Assembly (NCBI GenBank): GCA_035510465.1
Contig: DATKHC010000014.1
Coordinates: forward strand, 1 to 53,190
DNA from: Candidatus Saccharimonadales bacterium
Lineage (GTDB): Bacteria; Patescibacteriota; Saccharimonadia; Saccharimonadales; DATKHC01
Length of the DNA stretch: 53,190 nucleotides
Reading direction: 5' to 3'
Each line of letters opens with the position of its first letter. Within the stretch, counting starts at the first letter, position 1. Below, piece after piece: positions 1 through 8,870 of this stretch. A program made the translations under genes and the position numbers. The notes beneath the pieces are model-generated. The model was not told where the DNA came from and searched no databases. It saw only the letters and a list, made by a program, of their open reading frames with translations.

Positions 1-1
1 A

Positions 2-187
2 CGGCTTAAGTTAAAGTTAGAGTGGTTTATTTCTCAAGAGAATCCTATTTCATTCGCCGAGCCCTTAACAAAACCTACAGATGCTCAGTATAGATACAGG
101 ATCGGGAATTATAGGATCCTATTTGATGTTGATGGCGATAAAATAATAGTTTTACTGATTAGGCATAGAAAAGAGGCCTATAAATAG
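2..187 (+). CDS. RelE/ParE-family type II toxin, C-terminal part (truncated by window start)
   Basis: Manual translation of frame 2: RLKLKLEWFISQENPISFAEPLTKPTDAQYRYRIGNYRILFDVDGDKIIVLLIRHRKEAYK*; YRxRIGxYRILF...IRHRKEAY is the RelE signature. Confidence 0.85.
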   Translation, partial: RLKLKLEWFISQENPISFAEPLTKPTDAQYRYRIGNYRILFDVDGDKIIVLLIRHRKEAYK

Positions 188-203
188 CAGCCATCAAGTT
201 TCG

Positions 204-220
204 GTACGGAATTCAACCTC
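204..220. repeat. 17-bp direct repeat, copy 1 (GTACGGAATTCAACCTC)
   Basis: 16/17 identical to 480-496; the pair brackets ORF 260-445. Confidence 0.7.
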
Positions 221-259
221 GAGTCCCAGCCTAGCGTAAGCGGTTTGACCGAATGGTGT

Positions 260-445
260 CTACCTAAAAACCTTACGCGCAAGACTCGCAGCCAGAACAC
301 CAAGCAAGAAACCCGAGCAGAAAATAAGTACACCATGGAATCTGCTGCTAGTAATAAAATTCCGCACTATCAACAATACTATTGCCCAGGCTACAAAAAC
401 ACCAACTACATAAATCCAATATGGGTATTTTTTAATCACGAGCAT
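260..445 (-). CDS. Small two-TM membrane protein, hypothetical
   Basis: 61 aa with two hydrophobic stretches (WIYVVGVFVAWAIVLLIV; GVLIFCSGFLLGVLAASLA). Confidence 0.6.
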   Translation of the reverse strand: MLVIKKYPYWIYVVGVFVAWAIVLLIVRNFITSSRFHGVLIFCSGFLLGVLAASLARKVFR

Positions 446-479
446 ATTATATGCTAATAATTGCCGACTAAGCTAAACC

Positions 480-496
480 GTACGGGATTCAACCTC
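480..496. repeat. 17-bp direct repeat, copy 2 (GTACGGGATTCAACCTC)
   Basis: See 204-220; contains the palindrome CCGTACGG at 478-485. Confidence 0.7.
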
Positions 497-581
497 AATA
501 ACCATAAGCATTTTCAAACCTGTTATTCAGCTCTAGGTAGATTGTTGCATTACTATAACGACGCCAGATTACAGTTTAATA

Positions 582-590
582 TGGCATAAT
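582..590 (+). promoter_or_regulatory. Extended -10 element (TGgCATAAT) 6 nt before ATG 597
   Basis: TG-N-CATAAT, then AAGCGA, then ATG; no SD. Confidence 0.45.
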
Positions 591-596
591 AAGCGA

Positions 597-1103
597 ATGG
601 CTTCTCCTGAACAACCAAGGCTTATTGTCCCTATCCAGGGCTTACATGTTAGGCAAGCGCTTGCTTTAGCTCGACCTAATCAAGATGGCTTCCGAAAAGA
701 TGAGATGGAGTGGATGGAAAGACACAGTACCCTAATGTGGGTTCATTTCAAGGAGCTCTTTGAGGCGTCCATTAGAGTAAATGGGCTAGAGGACAGCGAG
801 GCCCGTTTTGCAGGAGACACTCTGGGTCACAGAGCTGTAAGACTCTGTACTGGGGGCGGCCCTGATTATGACTCGGTAAGGGATAACTTTCATCACAATC
901 TTGAACTAGATAAACGACATGTGGATATGACTGATGAGCCGTGGAATAGCGAAGAAATCCTCAAACGAATCTTTCCTGATTCAGATCTAACTGCTGCTTT
1001 GATGGAAATCCGACACGGCACGGCTCGTGATGCGGCCGCAATAACCAGTGGATTTATGTGTTTGGCGGAAGTACCTGCGCCAGTTTCGGCTAACGGGACT
1101 TGA
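597..1103 (+). CDS. Hypothetical protein (ORFan)
   Basis: 168-aa ORF with a promoter-like element directly upstream; no motif recognised. Confidence 0.6.
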   Translation: MASPEQPRLIVPIQGLHVRQALALARPNQDGFRKDEMEWMERHSTLMWVHFKELFEASIRVNGLEDSEARFAGDTLGHRAVRLCTGGGPDYDSVRDNFHHNLELDKRHVDMTDEPWNSEEILKRIFPDSDLTAALMEIRHGTARDAAAITSGFMCLAEVPAPVSANGT

Positions 1104-1115
1104 ATTGTAACTCAG

Positions 1116-1150
1116 AAAGTTCTGAAATCGGTCTGGAGACGATTCCCAGC
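1116..1150. repeat. 35-bp direct repeat with hairpin, copy 1
   Basis: AAAGTTCTGAAATCGGTCTGGAGACGATTCCCAGC; 33/35 identical to 1659-1693; internal AATC-G-GTC...GAC-GATT stem. Confidence 0.85.
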
Positions 1151-1163
1151 AGTTTAATGTAAA

Positions 1164-1547
1164 CTATTTGTCGTGGTGACGAAGCCTTAGAATTGTTCGA
1201 TGCTGTAAAGCAATAGTAACTTGGTCTTGTGTATACCCAGCATTTTCTAGTTCAGCTGTTAGATCCGCTTTAACCTTTTGGTTAAATGACTGCCTAGTAA
1301 GTCCATCATTAGCTATAAGGGTCTTAAGTGTTTTATCCTTATGTGCAGCCTGGATATTAGAAGTTGAAGTATTAAGCACTTGGGCAACGGCATCTAGTCG
1401 ATCTTCTATAAAAACAGACCTAGGGATCCCGCTGGTGCCAACGTCTCCACTATTATTGCTACTAGCAGCATTGGCAACTCCTACTCCTACCGATCCTACT
1501 AGCCCAATGGTTGCTATACTGGCTGTAATGATAGACAGTCTCTTCAT
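1164..1547 (-). CDS. Secreted hypothetical protein with signal peptide (ORF track start 1556; ATG 1547 preferred)
   Basis: MKRLSIITASIATIGLVGSVGVGVANAA is a Sec-type signal peptide ending in ANA-A. Confidence 0.75.
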   Translation of the reverse strand: MKRLSIITASIATIGLVGSVGVGVANAASSNNSGDVGTSGIPRSVFIEDRLDAVAQVLNTSTSNIQAAHKDKTLKTLIANDGLTRQSFNQKVKADLTAELENAGYTQDQVTIALQHRTILRLRHHDK

Positions 1548-1581
1548 AATTTTCAATATCTCTCTTCATAATTTAAATATC
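1539..1581. repeat. Tandem 22/21-bp duplication spanning a start codon
   Basis: TCTCTTCATAATTTTCAATATC followed by TCTCTTCATAATTTAAATATC. Confidence 0.8.
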
Positions 1582-1658
1582 CATTGATACTTAGCTAGGG
1601 TATATAAAATAGCTGCGTTCTAACCTGATTATCTGTAATTATGTAATCTAACTAGTAA

Positions 1659-1693
1659 AAAGTTCTGAAATCGGTCTAGAGACGATTACCAGC
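1659..1693. repeat. 35-bp direct repeat with hairpin, copy 2
   Basis: AAAGTTCTGAAATCGGTCTAGAGACGATTACCAGC. Confidence 0.85.
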
Positions 1694-1866
1694 CAATGCT
1701 ACGTACAGCATGAAAGTCCGTAAAGTCTAGGGTTTCAGGATAATGATGAACAACGTACAGGATAGTACCGCGCTATCATAAGGGTGAAATAAACGTTTTG
1801 GTTTGCGTACTGAGAGTATAATTTAAGAGTGTAAAGACAAGCTCGCAACAATATGAGGAGGCTATA

Positions 1867-2256
1867 ATGGCTGATGACGTACAAAAGGTCAGGGAAACGA
1901 CTACACAGTCAGGTGACACGGTTCAGAAAACTACCGAAACGAAAAGTTCACGAGATAATGCTGAGCATCAAACTAACGTGGTGGTGAGGGTTGTTTGGTT
2001 TGTAGCAGGAATACTATTGATACTCCTAGGATTCAGATTTTTGCTTTCGCTATTGGGTGCTAATACCACTAATGGGTTTGCCAATTTTATTTATAGTACT
2101 TCCCATCCCTTTGTCACTCCATTTTTTAGCTTGTTCAACTACCACAACTACACTTACGGTGCATCCCACTTTGAGGTTTATACCTTAGTAGCTATGCTAG
2201 TCTATGCACTTATTGCATGGGGAATCGCTAAACTGGTTACATTGAACCAAGACTAA
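1867..2256 (+). CDS. YggT-like membrane protein
   Basis: SD GAGGAGG; RFLLSLLGANTTNGFANFIYSTSHPFVTPF resembles the YggT family; 2 TM helices. Confidence 0.7.
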   Translation: MADDVQKVRETTTQSGDTVQKTTETKSSRDNAEHQTNVVVRVVWFVAGILLILLGFRFLLSLLGANTTNGFANFIYSTSHPFVTPFFSLFNYHNYTYGASHFEVYTLVAMLVYALIAWGIAKLVTLNQD

Positions 2257-2840
2257 AAGTCCCACTGTACAATTAAAAAATTTCCTGGCTTCAGTCCAGC
2301 TGCAAGACCGGCTTTAAGCCAATGCATCTGAGTACCCCTTATACTATCTTTTTTGTATCGCTTGGACTCGAGGAACAAGGAATTTGACTTATCCCACGCC
2401 AGAACATCCCAACACCCAGAAAATGACTGATTGTTCTTCTCCCAAACCTTTGACATTAAATCTTGCTGTAGCAAGCCCTCCAGCGGCACAACTACTTGCT
2501 TAGACAACGGCGCATCGAGCCAGTCGGTGAAGTAATAGGGACTACCGCCCCTAGAAGCATACGTTTCTACCCAGCGGGCAGACCATCCACCAGCGACTGC
2601 CATTTTTTGTATCGCTAGTTCAGCGAACATTGGTTCGTCTTCATAATTAACTAGGGGCTTGCCGCCAAATGTATTGGCTATGGATGGACCCTCCCATTTT
2701 TTTAATTTTAGCGCTACACCAGGAACTTTATATTTTATGCCATACATCTCATAGGTTTCTTCATGGTCAGGCTCTAAGTTATCGGCATACTGCATGTCCC
2801 TATTATACGAATAGTTGCAAAAGCGAACATCTTGTCTCAT
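2253..2840 (-). CDS. PD-(D/E)xK nuclease, VRR-NUC-like (true start probably near 2795, MQYAD)
   Basis: GCWDVLAW...FLESKRYKKDSIRGTQMHWL fits the VRR-NUC D...ExK...D.lr..Q..W pattern. Confidence 0.6.
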   Translation of the reverse strand: MRQDVRFCNYSYNRDMQYADNLEPDHEETYEMYGIKYKVPGVALKLKKWEGPSIANTFGGKPLVNYEDEPMFAELAIQKMAVAGGWSARWVETYASRGGSPYYFTDWLDAPLSKQVVVPLEGLLQQDLMSKVWEKNNQSFSGCWDVLAWDKSNSLFLESKRYKKDSIRGTQMHWLKAGLAAGLKPGNFLIVQWDF

Positions 2841-2849
2841 TTGTCTCTG

Positions 2850-3224
2850 TTACGGGTTATTTAGGCCCATACGCTCAGGCTCACCTGTACCGGTATCCGT
2901 ATCTAAATCAGGATCATCCAAGTCGTCATCAGTATCATCACTGTACAACTCTTCGAGTGTACCCATCACTCCAACGGCTCCTATACCTGCAGTAACTCCA
3001 CCAGATATAAAGTAAAATAGGGACGTATTGTGATTATCTTGAATTGTTACTTCCGTAGTCACTAAGTTACGACATAAAACCGTTCCCGCATATTTCGGCA
3101 ATCGGCAGGCAGCTTCTATGTTTACTTGGCTTTGCTCATGAAAACCCTCATGAATCAAAAATGATCCTCCGCCGATTAGTGAAGCGGATATACCAGCACC
3201 TATAAGCGTCTTTGCTACATTCAT
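2850..3224 (-). CDS. Hypothetical membrane protein with acidic tail
   Basis: SD AAGGAAGG; two hydrophobic segments; D-rich C-terminus. Confidence 0.6.
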   Translation of the reverse strand: MNVAKTLIGAGISASLIGGGSFLIHEGFHEQSQVNIEAACRLPKYAGTVLCRNLVTTEVTIQDNHNTSLFYFISGGVTAGIGAVGVMGTLEELYSDDTDDDLDDPDLDTDTGTGEPERMGLNNP

Positions 3225-3339
3225 TTTATCTAGCCTTCCTTTTTAATAGTAAAAGACTATAAGAATATTATTCGTTAAGCAACTATAAGCGTTATATTAT
3301 CGTCGATACGCTTGCCAATTTTAACTATTAAATGGACAA

Positions 3340-4314
3340 TTAAACGTTGGATTTATCAACTTTAACCGAAGGCCCCATTGTGGTGGCCAGGTAGATTGAA
3401 TTTATGTAGTTTGCCTTTATGCTTGAGGGTTTGTTTGATTTAATACTTGATATTACAGCTTGAGCATTCTCCAGAATTTTGGCATTCCCAAAGCTGACTT
3501 TGCCAATTCCTAAATGAATTATGCCTGTGCTATCAATTCTGTATTCGACTTTACCGGTTTTAGCCTCTTTAACTGCTTTTTCTAAGTTATTTGTTACGGT
3601 ACCGTTCTTAGGGTTTGGCATTAGTCCTTTTGGACCAAGAAAGCGCGCAAACTTAGCTAATTTCGGCATCTGTTCTGGTGTGGTTATTAGAATATCGAAA
3701 TTTACTTCACCTTTATCGAGTGTTAGTAACATATCGTCTGACAAATTCACATCCGAACCAGCTGCTTTAGCGGCTTTTAGCTGGTCATCGTTGCCCAGAA
3801 CCGCTACCTTAAGAGTTTTGCCGCTACCAGCTGGTAACAGGATGGTATCTCTAATGTTCTGATCAGCATGTTTTGGATCAACTCCAAGTCTTGCGTGAAG
3901 CTCAATAGTCGCATCAAATTTTGAAGGGTTTGTCTTTATAGCAAGGTCCACCGCCTCTGCGAGTGAATAGTTTTTGGCTTGATCAATCTGTCCAGCTAAC
4001 TTCCTATATGACTTACCTGCTCGCTCTAAACGGTTTCTAGGCGGCTTCTGAGATGGTTTTGGCTTCTCTTTAGCATCTTCTGTCTTAGCAGTTGCTTTAG
4101 CGGCAGTCTTCTTTTCTTTTAGTTCTGCCTCTTCCAGGGCTTTTGTGCTTCGTTTGCCAGCTTTAGCGACCGGAACTTCAACCTTTTCCTTAACTTCAAC
4201 AGCAAGCTCAGGCTTTTCTACCTTAGTAGTTTTGGGTTTAGTAGCTGCTTTTTTTACCGTTTTTTCTGTCTTTACGGTCTCAGGCTTCTCTTCTTTTGCT
4301 TTCTTCTCTACCAT
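3340..4314 (-). CDS. rplA: 50S ribosomal protein L1 with ~95-aa K/E/A-rich N-terminal extension
   Basis: KFDATIELHARLGVDP, LGPKGLMPNPKNGTV, ATTMGPSVKVD. Confidence 0.97.
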   Translation of the reverse strand: MVEKKAKEEKPETVKTEKTVKKAATKPKTTKVEKPELAVEVKEKVEVPVAKAGKRSTKALEEAELKEKKTAAKATAKTEDAKEKPKPSQKPPRNRLERAGKSYRKLAGQIDQAKNYSLAEAVDLAIKTNPSKFDATIELHARLGVDPKHADQNIRDTILLPAGSGKTLKVAVLGNDDQLKAAKAAGSDVNLSDDMLLTLDKGEVNFDILITTPEQMPKLAKFARFLGPKGLMPNPKNGTVTNNLEKAVKEAKTGKVEYRIDSTGIIHLGIGKVSFGNAKILENAQAVISSIKSNKPSSIKANYINSIYLATTMGPSVKVDKSNV

Positions 4315-4316
4315 AA

Positions 4317-4742
4317 TTACTCGATTTCTACACCCATACTTCTGGCTGTACCATCTACCATTTTCATAACTGATTCAAGATTATCTGTATTCATATCAGC
4401 TAGTTTAGCTTCTGCAATCGACTTAACCTGGTCTTTACTAAGTTTAGACGGTACCTTCTCCTGGTTTGGTTTACCTGATCCTTTGTCGATCTTTAGAGCT
4501 TTTCTGATTAAATCATCAGTTGGCGTGCCAACCACTCGCCAGGCCATTGTTCTATCTTCAAAGATCGTAATATGAACTGTTAAATCCTGTCCGGCTTTGT
4601 CCTTAGTTTGTTCGTTAAAAGGATTAATAAAATCCATCATATTAACACCGTATTGGCCAAGAATACTGCCAACAGGAGGTGCTGGATTAGCCTGAGCGCC
4701 CTTTAGACGCATTTTTAGATGTGCTGTAACTTTCTTTGCCAT
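4317..4742 (-). CDS. rplK: 50S ribosomal protein L11
   Basis: ANPAPPVGSILGQYGVN, GTARSMGVEI. Confidence 0.97.
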   Translation of the reverse strand: MAKKVTAHLKMRLKGAQANPAPPVGSILGQYGVNMMDFINPFNEQTKDKAGQDLTVHITIFEDRTMAWRVVGTPTDDLIRKALKIDKGSGKPNQEKVPSKLSKDQVKSIAEAKLADMNTDNLESVMKMVDGTARSMGVEIE

Positions 4743-4746
4743 AATC

Positions 4747-5289
4747 TTATACTCTCTTTACCTGTAAACTGTCGAGCTCAACTGGAGTCTCCCGTCCGAA
4801 CATATTAACAAGGACTTTTAACTTACCTTTTTGAGAATCAATCTCATTGATTGCTCCGTCAAAACCCTTGAATGGTCCGTCTACGATATTAACTACTTCA
4901 CCAACTATGTAGTTGATCTTGTGTTTAGGTTCAGCTCTGCCCATTCGCTTCATAATTTTATCGATCTCGTCAGTACTGATAGACGTAGGCTCAGTTCCAC
5001 TACCGACGAATCCAGTTACACTAGGCGTGTTTCGGACTATATACCAGGCATCTTCACTCATCTTCATTTGAACTAGAACGTAACCTTGAAAAATTCGCTT
5101 CTCGACCACCTTACGCTTACCGTTCTTTACCTCAATCATTTTTTCTTTTGGTACTAATACTTGAAAGATTTTATCCTTCATATCAAGACTATCGGCTCTC
5201 TGTCTAATAGATTCAGCCACTTTCTCTTCGTAGCCACTGTAGGTATGGATAACATACCATTGCCTTGTTGTGTTATATCGATCTGTCAT
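4747..5289 (-). CDS. nusG: Transcription factor NusG
   Basis: WYVIHTYSGYEEKV, VRNTPSVTGFVG, KOW motif GPFKGFDG, MFGRETPVEL. Confidence 0.97.
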   Translation of the reverse strand: MTDRYNTTRQWYVIHTYSGYEEKVAESIRQRADSLDMKDKIFQVLVPKEKMIEVKNGKRKVVEKRIFQGYVLVQMKMSEDAWYIVRNTPSVTGFVGSGTEPTSISTDEIDKIMKRMGRAEPKHKINYIVGEVVNIVDGPFKGFDGAINEIDSQKGKLKVLVNMFGRETPVELDSLQVKRV

Positions 5290-5714
5290 TTCAAAACTAC
5301 CCTCTTAAATACGACTCCTAGTCCCCAATCGACTAATCCGACAGCTGTGCCGAAAACGACTGAGAATAAAATTACTGCAACCGTTAACTTAGATGTTATT
5401 TTACGATCAGGCCAAGTAACGTCCTTAAGTTCTCTCCATGATTCCCCGAAAAATCTAGGGATTATATGAAAACGACGAACCTTCTTAACCTTACCGGGTT
5501 TAACTTTAAAAAAGATTAAACGTCTCTTTTTAGCGGGTTTAGCTGCCTCAATCGGGGCTACTGGGTGAGTTTTTTCATTAGCTAATCGCTCAGCCCTCTC
5601 CCTGATAGTCTCAACCTTTTTAGCAGCCTTAGCTGATTTAGCGTCTTTTATCACTAAAGTAACTCCAGTAATTAAATAAGACCTATCATTTATAGATAGA
5701 TCTGCTGGTGTCAA
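5286..5714 (-). CDS. secE: Preprotein translocase SecE with long basic N-terminal region (start uncertain)
   Basis: SWRELKDVTWPDR motif plus single C-terminal TM; immediately upstream of nusG. Confidence 0.9.
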   Translation of the reverse strand: MTPADLSINDRSYLITGVTLVIKDAKSAKAAKKVETIRERAERLANEKTHPVAPIEAAKPAKKRRLIFFKVKPGKVKKVRRFHIIPRFFGESWRELKDVTWPDRKITSKLTVAVILFSVVFGTAVGLVDWGLGVVFKRVVLK

Positions 5715-5750
5715 TACTACCCCAGTTAGCTTTACTAGTCAACAAGATTG

Positions 5751-6485
5751 TTAAAAGAGCGTACTATTTTCTGGCATCAAAGGGATTAACTTAAGGACTG
5801 GCTGGTGGGCATGTAGTTGTTTTCGGAGTGTTTTGGCGTTCGGTGATACTCTCTCTAGTGCGTTCCAAAACTTAGGGCCGTGACTCAGTACTTTTGTGTG
5901 AGTAAGTTCGTGCAAAATTACGTAATCAATCTGCTCCCAGGGCAATTGAACTAAGAAGTAATTTAGTGTTATGTCGCCAAATCGGTTACAGCTCCCCCAA
6001 CGACTTTTTAGTTGCCTTATCTTTAAGTTTCGATAACTAAAACTGTATTTTATGGCTAGTTCGTCCAAGCGAGGCTTTAGGAGGAGTTTAGATTGCTGCA
6101 GCAGTCCTTTGTAAGCTAGTTTACGGGCCGCGGCTTGGGCTAGCTCACTTTCTGGTAGTTGATCAAGTGGAAGCCTTAGAATCAGCTGATCCGAAGTTAC
6201 CTTTGAATATGGCTTACTGAGTTTGGCTGAGTTACTTATAACCAAAGTGTGGCTTTTTCCTACGGGGCTGCCGTTTAAGATGCGCCCTGGGTCTTTTCGA
6301 TGTTTCATTATCCAGTCCCTATTCTTTTCTACGAATATCGCTGCAGCTTTGTAGGGTGTCCAATAAGGCATACTGACTCTGACTGTATTATCAGAGGTAA
6401 TACTCAATTTAATTGATCGTACACCTTTTCTTTTGTAGAAATTTACATCTCCAACTTCCGAGATATGGAGTTTCTTAACTGGCAT
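5751..6485 (-). CDS. YgjP/DUF45 (M48-like) metalloprotease-domain protein
   Basis: KSRWGSC, DYVILHELTH...HGPKFW. Confidence 0.9.
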   Translation of the reverse strand: MPVKKLHISEVGDVNFYKRKGVRSIKLSITSDNTVRVSMPYWTPYKAAAIFVEKNRDWIMKHRKDPGRILNGSPVGKSHTLVISNSAKLSKPYSKVTSDQLILRLPLDQLPESELAQAAARKLAYKGLLQQSKLLLKPRLDELAIKYSFSYRNLKIRQLKSRWGSCNRFGDITLNYFLVQLPWEQIDYVILHELTHTKVLSHGPKFWNALERVSPNAKTLRKQLHAHQPVLKLIPLMPENSTLF

Positions 6486-7148
6486 TTAGCGAATAATGAT
6501 GTTGCGTCTGGCTTGGAAAACCCGACCACTGTTTAGATTGGGTACTCTGTTAATGAGACCAGGTTTTACCATTCGGTCGGAGGCGTTTTCGATGTTCAGT
6601 AAGCCTCTTTCGAATAATTTCTTAACAACTGCATTTTTTTGAGTGCTGAATGCATGTTTACCGCTGATTACAATATATTCCTCTGTAGGGGTTGGATTCT
6701 GCATTTTTGAAATATAATCCTCGAAACTAGTCCTGTCGAGTTGGACGGCATACTTATCATCAGCGGTTCTTCTGTCACGGTTTACTACTCTGTTAAAAGA
6801 GCTTTCTACGTCCAGTTGAAGCCAAATGAGCTGAACTCCAGCCTTTGAATGAGCTGCAAGTTCGCGGTACTGTCTTCTTTTTGCCTGACTTGAACTGTTG
6901 GCGTCTAGTATTACACTGCTACCTACTTTTAAAAATTGCTCGCTCATGTAATTCAGCAGATGCTCAACCGATTTGTCTTGTTCACTACTGTAGTCTGGTG
7001 ATTCGTAAAACTGGCTTCTTAACTGTTCATCGCTTACCACAGCTGCTTTAATTTCATCAGCGAACTGTCTAGAGAAGAAAGTTTTACCGGATCCAGGAAA
7101 TCCGTAGAGCAAAAATATAACTGGTTTAACTAAGACTTGCTTACTCAT
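6486..7148 (-). CDS. AAA_33-like P-loop kinase
   Basis: Walker A GFPGSGKT, VILDAN. Confidence 0.8.
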   Translation of the reverse strand: MSKQVLVKPVIFLLYGFPGSGKTFFSRQFADEIKAAVVSDEQLRSQFYESPDYSSEQDKSVEHLLNYMSEQFLKVGSSVILDANSSSQAKRRQYRELAAHSKAGVQLIWLQLDVESSFNRVVNRDRRTADDKYAVQLDRTSFEDYISKMQNPTPTEEYIVISGKHAFSTQKNAVVKKLFERGLLNIENASDRMVKPGLINRVPNLNSGRVFQARRNIIIR

Positions 7149-7205
7149 CTACTACTTAAACTTATCTCTTTTGAATAATCTTTGCAAACATGTTCTATCA
7201 GTTAA

Positions 7206-7691
7206 TCAAATTAATTCATGGTTATATTCATCATGGATTGTCCGGTAAAGTCTTCGATATTTGCCACCGAATTGCGTAAAAGTAGATCTCGCTGCAGTAA
7301 AACCAAGCTTTTCAAAAAAACCTATACTGGCTTCTGGTGATTCCACAAGGAGTTCGTCTACGTCAGAGTATACAGGTAGGTCCTCGAGGCCCGCTAGGAC
7401 ATGAAGCATTATTTGTCTACCAAAACTTTGGCCCCGATAAGCTTCCAAAACTCCAACGTTGTCTACTCTAGCATCTCTTCCTAGGCCAACCATTGCGTCC
7501 AAAAGTCTTAGCCTGGCGACGGCAATCGGGGTATGTTCTAAATATCCAATATAGTGGGTAGATACTCCGTCAAAGCCATCTACTCCATCAGTTAAATGTA
7601 GGTTTCGTTCATCGCCAATTAGTTTTCTAACACCTAAAGCATCATCAATCTCGATATCACCGAAGCGTTTATCTACGACTAATTCGCTCAC
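7206..7691 (-). CDS. GNAT-family N-acetyltransferase
   Basis: PIAVARL, VGVLEAYRGQSFG (motif A), IGFFEKLGF; GTG start. Confidence 0.8.
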   Translation of the reverse strand: MSELVVDKRFGDIEIDDALGVRKLIGDERNLHLTDGVDGFDGVSTHYIGYLEHTPIAVARLRLLDAMVGLGRDARVDNVGVLEAYRGQSFGRQIMLHVLAGLEDLPVYSDVDELLVESPEASIGFFEKLGFTAARSTFTQFGGKYRRLYRTIHDEYNHELI

Positions 7692-7700
7692 AATACGATA

Positions 7701-7729
7701 ATTATATAATCTATAACGCTATCTTGCAA
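7701..7729 (-). promoter_or_regulatory. Sigma70-type promoter TTGCAA-N17-TATAAT
   Basis: Near-consensus; 9 nt upstream of GTG 7691. Confidence 0.7.
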
Positions 7730-7754
7730 GTTACAAAGAGGTAGTATTAGTAAG

Positions 7755-8468
7755 TTAATTCGGCAGTATGGATTCGTCCACCTTAGGTATTGTGTAGCCC
7801 TCGTCGTCGACGAAACCGTAGGTATTGTCGGCCTTTAGTTCTGGTAGCCTAAATCCCGCTGATACTAAGTCTTCTCGCATGCGTTGTTCTAAAACGATAC
7901 CCACTTCAGGTAGACCCATCGGTAAACTAACATAGAAATCATCCATACTAGGATAGGATGACTTGATTTTCTCGTAAGAGGGCTTATCGGGATGAACTTC
8001 AACCAATGTATCCACGAATATGTTATATACTCCTTCTAAAGTAACACCGGCGGGTTCGAGAAGTTTCGCTATTGACTCTTCGTCTTCATCGAGAATTTCA
8101 CGTTGGGTAAAATAACAAGCTGCAAATTTAATGGCTGAACGAGGAATTTGTTGTTTTAATTGGTCAGATAGCTTTCCGTAAGCACTCAAAACAGCACGTG
8201 AAGTATCATACGTTCCCCTTTCCCAGAAAATAGCGTCTAACATGCTTGGGACGTCCTGCGCAAAGTTTTGGTGTGCTGCTATCGCGAGCTCAGCAGAATA
8301 AAATTGCGCAGCCATTAGTTCCTGTCCAGCTTTTTTCTCTGCCGCTAACTGCGCTAATTTCGCAAGTACTCCTTCAGATAACTCATCTGGTAAATCACTA
8401 AGAGCTTCTTCAATCAATGAAGCGGGATACTTTGTCTCTGGTGTACTTTGGTCTTGCTGACTATACAT
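7755..8468 (-). CDS. Hypothetical acidic protein (ORFan)
   Basis: 237-aa ORF tightly coupled to the vapC stop; no motif recognised. Confidence 0.6.
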   Translation of the reverse strand: MYSQQDQSTPETKYPASLIEEALSDLPDELSEGVLAKLAQLAAEKKAGQELMAAQFYSAELAIAAHQNFAQDVPSMLDAIFWERGTYDTSRAVLSAYGKLSDQLKQQIPRSAIKFAACYFTQREILDEDEESIAKLLEPAGVTLEGVYNIFVDTLVEVHPDKPSYEKIKSSYPSMDDFYVSLPMGLPEVGIVLEQRMREDLVSAGFRLPELKADNTYGFVDDEGYTIPKVDESILPN

Positions 8469-8471
8469 TAA

Positions 8472-8870
8472 CTAAACCACCCGAAGCCCATGGATCTTAT
8501 AACTAGGCATCTTTGTATCACTTGAAACCAGGGCTAGTCCGCTATTTATAGCATGCCATATGATCATCCTATCAAATGGGTCTTTATGTCCGGCCATTTT
8601 GGGCAATAAGTAAAATGTGGCATATTGGTCGGGTGTAGGTGTTATAACCCTAATCCCTACACCATGTATCCCAGCAATAAATTCTTCAGGAGTACGTCCG
8701 CCTAGCTCTATTCTACCCAAGGAGAATTTTAAACTTATCTCCCATACTGTAATACTGCTTATAAACTTTTCTTCCTGCCCAGATTCAATAATTGCTCTTT
8801 GGGTATTCGTTAATTTATCAGCGCTGAAACGTGCCCATAGCAATGTATGGGTGTCCAGCAGGTAATTCAT
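8472..8870 (-). CDS. vapC: VapC-family PIN-domain toxin
   Basis: YLLDTHTLLW, ISSITVWEI, HKDPFDRMII; 4-nt overlap with antitoxin. Confidence 0.92.
   Translation of the reverse strand: MNYLLDTHTLLWARFSADKLTNTQRAIIESGQEEKFISSITVWEISLKFSLGRIELGGRTPEEFIAGIHGVGIRVITPTPDQYATFYLLPKMAGHKDPFDRMIIWHAINSGLALVSSDTKMPSYKIHGLRVV

Noticed and set aside
245-457. Plus-strand 70-aa ORF
   Set aside because: It is antisense to the more protein-like two-TM ORF 260-445 and has no recognisable features.
197-500. tRNA genes or tRNA-Glu 3' att fragments
   Set aside because: The reverse complement resembles a T-arm (GGTTGAATCCCGTACGG) but lacks the TTC, and no cloverleaf or CCA end can be built.
204-1693. CRISPR array
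   Set aside because: Each repeat has only two copies, separated by 260-510 bp containing whole ORFs, and there are no cas genes.
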